Notes under the pieces: model-generated
What the model was told of the DNA's origin: nothing
What the model saw: the letters and a program-made list of their open reading frames with translations, nothing else
The model's database searches: none
Translations under genes and position numbers: made by a program
Shown: positions 33,223-42,343 of the stretch, piece after piece
How positions within the stretch are numbered: the stretch's first letter is position 1
Layout: each line of letters starts with the position of its first letter
IMG/VR virus record: IMGVR_UViG_3300009494_000004
Span: 1-52,629 of that record
Length of the DNA: 52,629 nucleotides
Direction: 5' to 3' (one strand)
From: a virus

Positions 33223-35257
33223 CTGCTTCCGTTTCTTCTGTAAACTGTTTCGGGTCTACACTTAACGGCGCACGCCATACTGTTTTCGTACCGAATGCAC
33301 CCTCTGACTTTCCTATAGTTATACCGAGATTTTCCTGTGCAATCAGCCGTATCCGACGCCAAACAGCACTTTGCGCTTTGCCTCCGTAGACGTTCTTAAT
33401 TCTTGTATTCATGTCGACGGACGCGATCTCGTCTATGCCGTCAAACTGCGAAAGCAGCCAGTCTTCCGTCTTTTTATCGTGTCTATTTTTACCGTTATCG
33501 TCATCGCTGTCCTTTAAGTCAATCTCCCGATAGCCGTCCGTCTCGTTCACATATTGCAGAATTTTATCATTCGACGGCCCTACAAACCTACCAAGGAACG
33601 AAAGTGCCCTTGTGTTTGGGCTACGCTTACCGCCGCCGGACGGACGAAGGTGCGCTATCACGTCAACAGCGGCCTCGATACCGACCGAACCCGCCGACGC
33701 GCCGGACTTGTTCTCGTGATGTATCCACACGACGGCAGCGTCCGCGGCAAGCGCCGCGCTACGCAGTCGCGCGGTCTCCGCCTGCCAAAGCGCGGTTTCG
33801 TGCGACTCAGGAACTTCATGGCTTTCCGAAAAAAGCGGAAAGAGCGTATGGATCGAGTCAAGCACAACTATATCCGGCGCGATTTCCACTATGATGTCAT
33901 ACAGCCCTTTCCACGTTTCCGGCATGATGCCCGGAATCTCGCCGTGCAAAATGCGAACGCGCGCAGCGTCGATATCCGATACGTTTGCCTCTTTGAACCT
34001 GCGGACAACGTCGCCAAGCGGTTCGTCGTTCGACACCCAAAGAACCGTTCCTCCGTTATCAAGAACAGCAAGCGACTCGTACGTGCACAGCGTGGACTTG
34101 CCGGACCTTTTTGCAGACCCGACAAGCAGCGTTATCCGCTGCCTCCAGCTCACCCACCTGCCGACTGTTTTTGGCCGCTCGGTGAGTTGCGGATCGGTCA
34201 TCAGCTCGGCGAGGCTCGGCGGCGGTTTGCGGCCTTTCTTCTCGCCATCATCATCGTCGACGTCGTCCGTATCTCGGAGACCGTTTTTTTTGATATCTAC
34301 GCGCGCTTTTTCCCTCGCCTTCTTTACGGCGTCGTCACTTTCGCCGAAGTCGTAACCCTCGCCCGCGTATGCGCTCCGCACAATCCGTTCCAAGTCATCA
34401 AGTGTAAGTGGTGGATTATTTAATCCATTCCATTCAGACAGAAGCCGTCCGGTCTCGCCGATGTCAATACCGCACTTGCGGCACTCGCTCGCCAGCACAA
34501 TCGCACGGTTGTCCCGACCACCATCTCTGCTTTCTTTGACGCCCTTCGCGAGCAACAAGTTCAACGACTTGCGGTACAGCTCTCTACGGTACTTCGACAG
34601 ACGTGAATCGAGTTCCGGCCAGGTACCTTCATTTTCGTCAACAGGGGGGGAAGTCTCCTCTGCGAACGTTTCGTCCGGCAGCACGAAATAGCCGCCGTTC
34701 GTGCCAACCCGAAAATACTCATCAAAATTTTCATGCGCCCAAGACTTCGTTCTCTTATTATCGTCAAGATAGTATTTCGCGCACGGAAACGCTGGTTGGG
34801 ATATTGTTAGCATCTTTGAATCGCTATCGGGAAACCGCCCAATTAGCCATTTACGCACGATGGCGAATTTTGCTGGGTCGTCAATAGACGGAGACAACGG
34901 AAGCAGCACACGAAACCTCGGTTTATCCGCCGTATGTCGTGCGGTTGGTGCTATAACGTAAATATATTCGGCGAACTCTTTTTCCAGTCCGTCAACAGTT
35001 TTTCCCTCGTCGTAATCAAGTGCAATTGCAGCCATAGACTTTGCATTCGCACGGCTGCGAACACCATCCTTGAATTCCCATACTGTATAGCCACGAGTTT
35101 TCAATACAAGCGCAAGGGACTTGCATCCTTCATCTGTTGATAGATTAAATGTCGTTTCGACATCCATCATACCGCCTGGTTTTCGACGATAGCCAGCTTC
35201 TTCTTTTGACTGAACAGATTCACGGGCGACAAATAATGTTAATTTCATTGATTTCAT
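33215..35257 (-). CDS. Primase-polymerase / RecA-fold (AAA_25, RepA/DnaB-like) replicative helicase fusion
   Basis: Walker A GSAKRSGKST, Walker B-like IVVLDSIH and VWIHHENK. The central RDNRAIVLASECRKCG resembles a PriCT domain. Confidence 0.7.
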   Translation of the reverse strand: MKSMKLTLFVARESVQSKEEAGYRRKPGGMMDVETTFNLSTDEGCKSLALVLKTRGYTVWEFKDGVRSRANAKSMAAIALDYDEGKTVDGLEKEFAEYIYVIAPTARHTADKPRFRVLLPLSPSIDDPAKFAIVRKWLIGRFPDSDSKMLTISQPAFPCAKYYLDDNKRTKSWAHENFDEYFRVGTNGGYFVLPDETFAEETSPPVDENEGTWPELDSRLSKYRRELYRKSLNLLLAKGVKESRDGGRDNRAIVLASECRKCGIDIGETGRLLSEWNGLNNPPLTLDDLERIVRSAYAGEGYDFGESDDAVKKAREKARVDIKKNGLRDTDDVDDDDGEKKGRKPPPSLAELMTDPQLTERPKTVGRWVSWRQRITLLVGSAKRSGKSTLCTYESLAVLDNGGTVLWVSNDEPLGDVVRRFKEANVSDIDAARVRILHGEIPGIMPETWKGLYDIIVEIAPDIVVLDSIHTLFPLFSESHEVPESHETALWQAETARLRSAALAADAAVVWIHHENKSGASAGSVGIEAAVDVIAHLRPSGGGKRSPNTRALSFLGRFVGPSNDKILQYVNETDGYREIDLKDSDDDNGKNRHDKKTEDWLLSQFDGIDEIASVDMNTRIKNVYGGKAQSAVWRRIRLIAQENLGITIGKSEGAFGTKTVWRAPLSVDPKQFTEETEADD

Positions 35258-35288
35258 TATTCTTTTTCAATGATTTTGAAATGTTGCG

Positions 35289-35510
35289 TCATTTGTTTTG
35301 CTGCCCGCATTGCGACATTATTTTTCCCGGCACTCTCTTCAAAGCGGCATTAGGTATAGGCGTCCACGCAAAGTTGTCCTTTGGCGTGTTCTTTTCGGCG
35401 GACAGCTCCGCTATGGAGGCCATAATTTCAGCGTATTCTGCGGCGGTCAACTTGAAGCCGAAACCAAGGCATTTTTGACATACGACTATTCTGTATCTTT
35501 TATTTGTCAA
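35289..35510 (-). CDS. Hypothetical small protein
   Basis: TTG start in a TTGA overlap with the upstream stop, with GGAGA 5 nt upstream. Confidence 0.45.
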   Translation of the reverse strand: MTNKRYRIVVCQKCLGFGFKLTAAEYAEIMASIAELSAEKNTPKDNFAWTPIPNAALKRVPGKIMSQCGQQNK

Positions 35511-35809
35511 TGTCGTCTCCGTTTAATACGCCGCAACCCCGGCCACAATTTTACAAACGTGTAGTAAAGCAAAAGCGCCAGCCAAACCGCGTTTGCCACA
35601 ACAACGGCTACGCCGCCAATAAATGACAACCACTGTCCGAGATGCGGATAGTAAAACAGGTTCCAGCCGCCCCACGCGGTAAAGAACGCTACCGCAATCC
35701 AACTGACACCCTTAACCTGCCTGTCGATAAGCAATCGACGCACGTTCAGCATAACAAACAACGCGCCGCACGCCTCAAGTATTCCATTGATCGTATCAGG
35801 CCACGTCAT
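35507..35809 (-). CDS. 3-TM membrane protein with a SemiSWEET/PQ-loop-like layout (tentative)
   Basis: 100 aa with three hydrophobic helices. The pattern LN-VRRLL..R.VKGVS, W..NLFYY and VANAV parallels the PQ-..VLKTRS...IS, LW..YG and SNAV of bacterial SemiSWEETs as I recall them. Confidence 0.35.
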   Translation of the reverse strand: MTWPDTINGILEACGALFVMLNVRRLLIDRQVKGVSWIAVAFFTAWGGWNLFYYPHLGQWLSFIGGVAVVVANAVWLALLLYYTFVKLWPGLRRIKRRRH

Positions 35810-36669
35810 TTCGTTTGACTCTCCATCCGTATTCCGAATCCGAGTAGAAGCGCGACAAGTGTATCCTTAATAGTATTGTCTGGTTCGGAAAGGAACCGCG
35901 TCCCAGCGACAGCTTGTACATAGTTCCTTATTACCGATTCAGTTTCATCAATGAGATCCGCCGCCGCGCGCCTGACGAGATGCTCGTCCGCGGCGGCGAT
36001 ACATAAATCCCTCACGTCAGCACGCGGAATGGTAGCCTTTCGCAGTTTTTGCGCGGATTTAACAATCTCCGGATCAAGCGTCAATTCGACAAATCTGTCA
36101 TAAAATAGGTCGGCGGCTTCGTTATAGTCAAGTTTACGGAACGTAAATTCGTCTATAGCACCGTCATACGACATCGCCATGTTGAACTTCAGGTCATCTG
36201 ATGGATTTGCAGACATCAAATGCTTATATTCCGTGACATTCATTATCTGATCTGCCTTTGTAACATAAGGACTTCTTTTAATTGGCAGACCGAATGCCTC
36301 GGCGACAACCGGCTCCCATATCCGTTCCAGCGCTTTATAGGAATTGAGCAACGATTTTAACGGACGCGATACGTCGCCAAGGTACGCTTCCGCCGCGTCG
36401 TGCATAAGCGCTTCAAACTGCAACATCCTCTTCTGCTTGTCTGTCATAGCGGCCAACTCCTCCGGGGGGACCAGAGAAAGCACCAGGTTCGCGCACTCGA
36501 CGGAATGCTCGGCAACACTGTAAAAACCGTTCGTATAGCCGGTAAACCGGCACTGTGCACCCAGCGACTGCGCAATATCCCTTATGTCGATGATACCAAC
36601 ATGCGGCCTTAAAAGGTTAACGGATATCCCACTTCCCGTCGCAATAATCGGTTCGGTTGTTTGTTTCAT
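35806..36669 (-). CDS. HD-domain phosphohydrolase, YfbR-type 5'-deoxynucleotidase / dNTPase-like
   Basis: FYSVAEHS...LMHDAAEAYLGDVSRPLK reproduces the H...HD...D metal-ligand pattern of YfbR-like enzymes. The ATG at 36669 has AAGGAGAG upstream. Confidence 0.65.
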   Translation of the reverse strand: MKQTTEPIIATGSGISVNLLRPHVGIIDIRDIAQSLGAQCRFTGYTNGFYSVAEHSVECANLVLSLVPPEELAAMTDKQKRMLQFEALMHDAAEAYLGDVSRPLKSLLNSYKALERIWEPVVAEAFGLPIKRSPYVTKADQIMNVTEYKHLMSANPSDDLKFNMAMSYDGAIDEFTFRKLDYNEAADLFYDRFVELTLDPEIVKSAQKLRKATIPRADVRDLCIAAADEHLVRRAAADLIDETESVIRNYVQAVAGTRFLSEPDNTIKDTLVALLLGFGIRMESQTK

Positions 36670-36686
36670 GTTTCTCTCCTTAATAT

Positions 36687-37220
36687 TTACGGTATCCAAC
36701 CATGTTTTTTGTCGTATTTTTCCGCACCGCCACGTTTAAACGGAGCGTCCGCAGGGCGGTTATCAAACTCCGGTTTGATGTCTACGAAGTCGAGGAGGAA
36801 AAGCAGGCAGCAAATAGCGTGCGCGAGGTGGTGCAGTCCCGATTCCGGATCGTATTCTTCGCCACCGTACCAGGCCCAAATATGACGTAACGCCGCGCCA
36901 ACGTATCGAGACCATTTAAGGCCACACCGGTACGAATTTGCCTCATACTTTTTTGCACCGTACGTGAGGACAGCGACGACCTGCCGTAGTGGGCCGGGCA
37001 TTAGTAACTCGAACATCAGCTTTCCGTCGTCGTACTTCGGTGCCTCAAATTTAGATGTTGCCGTTTCCCCCGCCACTGTTGACGACATAACCCGTTTTAG
37101 TGGCGGTTGCCGTAAACTATTTTTAGGTTTGTCAAACAATGCTATAAGTTGCGCAACCGGACCGAGTTTGATTTTTCCAGGTTTGATTTTTTCAATTTTC
37201 TTTTTCTTCAACGGATTCAA
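36687..37220 (-). CDS. MazG-like all-alpha NTP pyrophosphohydrolase (DUF5664 / dATP-dGTP diphosphohydrolase-type domain)
   Basis: KYDDGKLMFELL...VLTYGAKKYE.NSY......SRYVGAALRHIWAWYGGEEYDPESGLHHLAHAICCLLFLLDF matches that phage domain. The start is uncertain (TTG at 37220 or 37211). Confidence 0.6.
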   Translation of the reverse strand: MNPLKKKKIEKIKPGKIKLGPVAQLIALFDKPKNSLRQPPLKRVMSSTVAGETATSKFEAPKYDDGKLMFELLMPGPLRQVVAVLTYGAKKYEANSYRCGLKWSRYVGAALRHIWAWYGGEEYDPESGLHHLAHAICCLLFLLDFVDIKPEFDNRPADAPFKRGGAEKYDKKHGWIP

Positions 37221-39264
37221 CTCCTTTTTCTACGGACGTGCAGCTGCTCCACGAGTCGCCCGCCTCGATATCGACCGCAAAGGGGACAAACCCTTCGACA
37301 TCAATTTCCATAGCGTCGCGTATCATCGGCACAAGTCTGTCGCGATACTTTTTCGGTGTATGAAATAACAGTTCGTCGTGGACCGTTAATAGCATTTCGA
37401 CCGGGAACTTCGCAGGGACAATGATTCTATCATAACATCGTTTTATTGCGATCTTCATAATATCGGCGGCGGTGCCCTGCACTTCCTGGCTGATGGCGCG
37501 GCGTTCCCATTTCGCGCGCTCACCGGGAACGTCCGACCAGATTCCAGTCATCCCGCCGTCGTTTTCGTTGCCAGTCAACGGACGAATGCGACCAAAGTAA
37601 GTCTTCGCCCATCCACGCTGAAACGCAAGGCGCTTCCTACGACCAAGCCACGCAGTAAGTGCGGGCACAGTTTCGAACCATTTATCGATAAATTTCTGCG
37701 CTTTGCTTTCACTAATGTTGTATAGAAGAGCAAACGCATACGCGGTTTGTCCAAAAAGTGCTCCAAAATTTTGGCCTTTCGCTTTTTTATACTCTTCTTC
37801 AGTATAGTCCGCGCCGAACATTTTGATAGCGGTCGCAACGTGCGGCGATTCACCTTTCGCAAATGCATCAATCCATACTTTTTCTTTCGCAAAACTCGCC
37901 GGTATTCTAAGTTCAATCTGCGAATAATCTGCATCGACAAATGTCCAATCCTCATCCGATATAAACGTTGCACGGATATTAACTGGTACGTAGTCACCAG
38001 CGCACTTTGGAATGTTTTGTAAATTCGGTCCCGAACATGAAAATCTACCTGTTGCCGGACCGACTGACCAAAACGACGCGCGTAGTTTTCCGTCGTCATC
38101 CATTGCCTTTGGTATCTTCGATGTGAAACTGGATCGCAGCGTGCCAAGGCTTGATCCGTTCAATAACATTTCAACTACTGAATGCTTATTTTTCAATGAA
38201 TTGATAAACTTCTTTCCAGTAGCGCCGTAACCTGACGCCGTGTACGCTACCGGCTCCAATAACCGCCCGTCGACATCAATAAGTGCTGTTTTCTTATCGT
38301 GCGAAAGCGTTTTTTTGTTCCAGTTACCGAAAAGCAAAACGGATTTCTGCATCCAGCTTTTGAGGTTAATTTCCGTCGGTTTGCCGTACCGCTCCTCGGA
38401 CGCTATCTCATTCACCCGTCCGTTGATGACTTCGTACGCCTGCCCAAGCACCTTGTCCTGATCGGCAAGCAAGTCCAAGTTTATCCGTACGCCCGCCTGC
38501 TCCATATGGATGACTGGACGCACGACCTCATGCTCAAGGTTCCATGTTCCGCGCTGTTTTTCTTTCGTCTCAGCCAGTTCGGGAAGAAGCCATAATCTCC
38601 AGGTGAAATCAGCGTCCTGACAGCCGTAAATACGTTGCATCTTATTGTTAAGTTTGAGGAAGTCGCCGGGCATAAACTTTGACTTCGGGACACCGATTAT
38701 CTTGCTCATCGACAGCGTCGACCCGACGCCGGTGAGGTGCTTTTCGGCGAAACCTTTTAACCCTCCCGTCATTTTGTTATTCGGCCACGTAAGGTGGACG
38801 CCGATGAACACATCCTGGAAATCGTGGACTTCAACTCCGTGGTTCTCCAAAATGGGGATATCGTATTTCGCGTTTGCCATGACGAGCGTACTTTTCTTTG
38901 CCTTTACGGCGAGCGCCCTTAAACATGCCTTTGAGGGCATTGGAACCCAATAGGCCTGTGCGGGTTCGCAGCATACCGAAAAGCCGTACAGCTCCGTCTT
39001 GCCGGGCCGTATATCGAGACCGCTTGTTTCCGTATCTACCGCAAACTCGTTACCAAATCCGTTAAGTACCTTCCGTAATTCGGTAGCCGTTTTAATTTCA
39101 ACGTACCGGCAACCTTTATCCATTGCTTCGGCGTATTGAACCTGAAGCCCGGCTTCTTTCTCCAGCTTCAGTTGCGTCTTGGTTGGCGGCTTGATCTTTT
39201 TTTCTTTTTTCCTTTTAATTTCAGGCACTGTACGCCTCCAATGCGGCTTCCGCAGCCTCGACAT
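37192..39264 (-). CDS. Family-A DNA polymerase with a 3'-5' exonuclease domain
   Basis: Exo I FAVDTETSGL, motif A DADYSQIELRI, motif B KGQNFGALFG and motif C TVHDELLFH. Confidence 0.85.
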   Translation of the reverse strand: MSRLRKPHWRRTVPEIKRKKEKKIKPPTKTQLKLEKEAGLQVQYAEAMDKGCRYVEIKTATELRKVLNGFGNEFAVDTETSGLDIRPGKTELYGFSVCCEPAQAYWVPMPSKACLRALAVKAKKSTLVMANAKYDIPILENHGVEVHDFQDVFIGVHLTWPNNKMTGGLKGFAEKHLTGVGSTLSMSKIIGVPKSKFMPGDFLKLNNKMQRIYGCQDADFTWRLWLLPELAETKEKQRGTWNLEHEVVRPVIHMEQAGVRINLDLLADQDKVLGQAYEVINGRVNEIASEERYGKPTEINLKSWMQKSVLLFGNWNKKTLSHDKKTALIDVDGRLLEPVAYTASGYGATGKKFINSLKNKHSVVEMLLNGSSLGTLRSSFTSKIPKAMDDDGKLRASFWSVGPATGRFSCSGPNLQNIPKCAGDYVPVNIRATFISDEDWTFVDADYSQIELRIPASFAKEKVWIDAFAKGESPHVATAIKMFGADYTEEEYKKAKGQNFGALFGQTAYAFALLYNISESKAQKFIDKWFETVPALTAWLGRRKRLAFQRGWAKTYFGRIRPLTGNENDGGMTGIWSDVPGERAKWERRAISQEVQGTAADIMKIAIKRCYDRIIVPAKFPVEMLLTVHDELLFHTPKKYRDRLVPMIRDAMEIDVEGFVPFAVDIEAGDSWSSCTSVEKGVESVEEKEN

Positions 39265-39988
39265 CGCGCTCGTATAGATGCAGATTAAGCGCGATATTCG
39301 TGAACCGTCCGCAGGGTCGGCTAAGCTCGTCGGCCATCGCCATCTGGAGTCCGTGCATCGTGAACACGTCGTTGCGAAGACCTGTATTTACATCCTGCGA
39401 GCGGAATACAACTGTCGCACATAAACCGCCATTCCTTATCGTAAACTGAAGGCAGATACAGCACGGAAAATCTTTCGTCGGAACCGCCTTGTGCTTGACC
39501 TGATTTACGTTCAACACGACCTGCCTGCTGTCCGAGTCTTTTCGTAGCTTGTCAACCGCCCATATCCATTGGTTTATATCTGTAACGTAGTAGCCCGTGT
39601 CGCCCTCGTGCTTCGACGGCACCGTCATATCGAATCGCTGACTGAATAAATACTGTCCGTACGCACTATTGACACGTATACCGTCGTCGGAAAATTGCTC
39701 CCAAAGCTTTGTAAAACTTTTTCTCGTCACCGGATGTACAAGGTCGGCAATTCTGTCAGATCCGCTCAAGTACCAAGCAAGTTCGGCCTCAGCGTACGGC
39801 ACCCTCGTGTGAAACGGCTTTAACGTTGACACAAAATGCTTGTCCTGATAACCGTTTATATAATCAAGCGTAAGAATGTAATTGTTTACCTCACGCACGG
39901 CCAAACTACGCGGCGCGGACTTCTGCCCAGCCAATGTCGCCCTAATGGCATCATAATACTCTTTATTGAAATCTGTAAATAGCGACAT
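39221..39988 (-). CDS. Thymidylate-synthase-fold enzyme with the dCMP-hydroxymethylase-type active-site signature (deoxycytidylate C5-modifying enzyme)
   Basis: It aligns with E. coli ThyA across ELAWYLSG, NSAYGQ, DSDSRQVV, FPCCICLQF and FRSQDVNTGLRND. The residue 31 positions after the nucleophilic Cys is Asp (RND, as in T4 gp42 D179), not the Asn of dUMP-specific enzymes. The ATG at 39988 has AGGAGAG upstream. Confidence 0.65.
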   Translation of the reverse strand: MSLFTDFNKEYYDAIRATLAGQKSAPRSLAVREVNNYILTLDYINGYQDKHFVSTLKPFHTRVPYAEAELAWYLSGSDRIADLVHPVTRKSFTKLWEQFSDDGIRVNSAYGQYLFSQRFDMTVPSKHEGDTGYYVTDINQWIWAVDKLRKDSDSRQVVLNVNQVKHKAVPTKDFPCCICLQFTIRNGGLCATVVFRSQDVNTGLRNDVFTMHGLQMAMADELSRPCGRFTNIALNLHLYERDVEAAEAALEAYSA

Positions 39989-40454
39989 CGACTCTCTCCT
40001 GTATCTTTTCAGTTTCCCAGTTAAGCAAACCCCCGTTCCATTTCTGTTCGAATCTGCAATCCTCAAACTTATTTAACGGTACGGAACTACGCCCGGCGTT
40101 TTTTGCGACTTTCGCAGCGGCCCGCCACCTGTCAACGGGAACAGCATACGCGCACTTGTTGCGCGGACCTTTGTAATGCACGATAATGAGAAATCCCACA
40201 CCGCCCGCGCGCTCAATATCTTCCAGTTCGTCAAGCTGACTTTCACGAACTCCACGTAACGGCTGAGAAATACCGTGTTTTACAATTTTGAATTCAAACC
40301 CGACCGCTATTCCGTCCCAACAGGCAATAACGTCAACAGCGCGTGTCCCCGTATCAAGTCCATACCGGGGATCTGCGATCTTATGACACCAAAGCTCCGA
40401 CTTGACACGTCGCCAGCTTTTCGTTATTTGGTTTGTTATCTCGGTTTCTCTCAC
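39963..40454 (-). CDS. PD-(D/E)xK nuclease, Holliday-junction-resolvase-like
   Basis: VDVIACWDG..VGFEFK gives a D...E.K catalytic motif. GTG start with GGAGA upstream. Confidence 0.5.
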   Translation of the reverse strand: MRETEITNQITKSWRRVKSELWCHKIADPRYGLDTGTRAVDVIACWDGIAVGFEFKIVKHGISQPLRGVRESQLDELEDIERAGGVGFLIIVHYKGPRNKCAYAVPVDRWRAAAKVAKNAGRSSVPLNKFEDCRFEQKWNGGLLNWETEKIQERVDVAIYRFQ

Positions 40455-40466
40455 GGTTTTCTCCGG

Positions 40467-40814
40467 CTACAAATTAAACGATTCCGACGCCCTGATAAGT
40501 GCTATTATATTCGACACGTAACATAGACTTATTCCGTATTCGCCTGACTTTGACGGCTGGCAGATGCCAAGTTCTATCGCAATAGCGCGCTGCAACGTTT
40601 GTAATCGTGCGACCTCAACGACAAGTTCATTTTTGTTTTTTGCGTGAAGTGAAATTTCAGTCGATACCCTAAATTCGCAGAATATGGGCTGGGGTGGCGT
40701 TTTCGGCCCTTTGTGGCTTTTCGGTCCGTCGATTCTCTTTGCAACTTTTTTTGCGGACTTGCGACTTTCGCCGGGATCATACCAGTCTTGTTCGTTTTTT
40801 GATTCTGGTTTCAA
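40467..40814 (-). CDS. Hypothetical protein
   Basis: TTG start in a TTGA overlap, with GAGGG upstream. The N-terminal DWYDP motif is shared with the product of 43262..43921. Confidence 0.45.
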   Translation of the reverse strand: MKPESKNEQDWYDPGESRKSAKKVAKRIDGPKSHKGPKTPPQPIFCEFRVSTEISLHAKNKNELVVEVARLQTLQRAIAIELGICQPSKSGEYGISLCYVSNIIALIRASESFNL

Positions 40815-41107
40815 ATCTTAACCCTCATTACTTTGACTTTTTTCTGGACGTACGACAGCGCCTCTACGGTATTCCGTATTGTGTAGAAACCCGTACGCCA
40901 CGCGATTACGATAGGCTTACCGTACCGGGTGCGGTCCGACGCTGCCCATGCGTCAAAATGGTCTTTGAATTTTTTCGTCGTTTCGTCTTCAGTGGGGGCA
41001 TTGACCATAACCGCATTCAACTGCGCAACCATCATCCTCTTAAACGAGGTAAGGTCCATAAAATCCCCAAGCGAAAATCTGTATTTTGTTTTTTGTTTCT
41101 TACTCAT
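40811..41107 (-). CDS. Hypothetical protein
   Basis: The ATG at 41107 overlaps the upstream stop (ATGAGTAA). The track start is 41137. Confidence 0.45.
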   Translation of the reverse strand: MSKKQKTKYRFSLGDFMDLTSFKRMMVAQLNAVMVNAPTEDETTKKFKDHFDAWAASDRTRYGKPIVIAWRTGFYTIRNTVEALSYVQKKVKVMRVKI

Positions 41108-42098
41108 TGTTTTGTGTCCACATTCCGTAGCCTGCATGGTTCGGACTGATTATCCTCGGCAACGTGCCGGATTCCTGTATGGCCCGCATAACCTGCCAAT
41201 ACTCTATGACGCGCTGCTCCAGCGTATGGTAGCGTAGCACATTCTGCTGTCCGCACGCCGCCATCTCCTCGCGAATATCATCATGCTCTAAGTAGAAATC
41301 TATTTTACGCACCAGGTCGTCAAACGTGTCATCGTGCGTAACACAATGCGTGCCCTTCTCCCACATATAGTCGAAATTCTGCACCTTGTGGTTGATAAAC
41401 GCCACGCCGGAACCCATCGCGTTATACGTACGATTACTGACGACAAACGGACCGGGATTCAGAAATAGGCTGCGCTGTATATTGAACGCCACTTTGCTTT
41501 GAGCATAGGCCTCGGCCATATTCCATTCACGAATCTCGCCGGGTCGCCCTATTTTGTCGAGGACGAATTTGCATTTGTACCGACGGCTAAGTTCATTAAG
41601 CCATTTTCTTCTAATCTTATCGGTCGATCCTATGAAGCACAAGTCGTAGATTTCCTTCGACAAATCAAGCCGCGTCGGCAGCGCGCCGTCTTTCATGCAG
41701 GAACGGTGATCGAAGTATTGAGGCATCCACAGCACGGTCGGCGCGAGGTCGCAGTACCGGCGAGCCGTCTCAAGTATGGAGAACACGAGCACGTCGGCCC
41801 GGTTCGCAAGCTGACGACGCCACATCCTGTCGCGCGTCCGCTCCGTCATGTCGGGATACCAGAACAGAAGCTTCGCACCGCTTTTTCGTATTTGGCGGTA
41901 GTAGCGCCGGAAGTCCGGACGTAGCGCAAAGCAGAACACCCAATCGGGCTTATACGACTCAAGCACGGGTAGCATCTCCTCTGGATGCGCGCGCGACCCG
42001 GTCAACATAACGTCGAATCCCTGACGTTTCGCTTCCTTGTACAAATACGGACCGGCGAACCGCTTCTGAAATCCGCACGCCCAAACGAGAACCTTCAT
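41100..42098 (-). CDS. Glycosyltransferase, CgeB/GT1-like (GT-B fold)
   Basis: [10 protein letters not shown]..., LCFIGS..., VAFNIQR....[16 protein letters not shown] resemble the DUF3880/Glyco_trans_1_2 (CgeB) family. ATGA-coupled start at 42098. Confidence 0.55.
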   Translation of the reverse strand: MKVLVWACGFQKRFAGPYLYKEAKRQGFDVMLTGSRAHPEEMLPVLESYKPDWVFCFALRPDFRRYYRQIRKSGAKLLFWYPDMTERTRDRMWRRQLANRADVLVFSILETARRYCDLAPTVLWMPQYFDHRSCMKDGALPTRLDLSKEIYDLCFIGSTDKIRRKWLNELSRRYKCKFVLDKIGRPGEIREWNMAEAYAQSKVAFNIQRSLFLNPGPFVVSNRTYNAMGSGVAFINHKVQNFDYMWEKGTHCVTHDDTFDDLVRKIDFYLEHDDIREEMAACGQQNVLRYHTLEQRVIEYWQVMRAIQESGTLPRIISPNHAGYGMWTQNNE

Positions 42099-42343
42099 AC
42101 GGATACTCCATGACATTTTTTGTACTTAAGACCGGAATCGCACGGACACGAATCGTTCCTGCCAATCTTATAATAGGGACGCCGATAGGTTCCACGTACG
42201 GATGAATCCCAGAACGTCATACACTTACGCCCGTATTTGTCCCTCTTGTCCGGTTTCCGCTTTTTGGGTTGCGCGGTTACGCTTTCACGCTTACGCAGAA
42301 AACTAAATAGCCACGCAATTATTTTCGCAAAAATCTTCATCAT
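42095..42343 (-). CDS. Small protein with an N-terminal hydrophobic helix and a C-terminal SEC-C zinc motif
   Basis: [17 protein letters not shown] is a SEC-C motif. ATGATGA coupling to the upstream gene. Confidence 0.55.
   Translation of the reverse strand: MMKIFAKIIAWLFSFLRKRESVTAQPKKRKPDKRDKYGRKCMTFWDSSVRGTYRRPYYKIGRNDSCPCDSGLKYKKCHGVSV

Noticed and set aside
35806-39264. 2-aminoadenine (Z-genome) pathway, suggested by the HD + MazG-like + PolA arrangement
   Set aside because: No PurZ/adenylosuccinate-synthetase-like ORF (GDEGKG-type P-loop) exists anywhere in the window. The TS-fold enzyme and the bGT-like protein point to cytosine chemistry instead.
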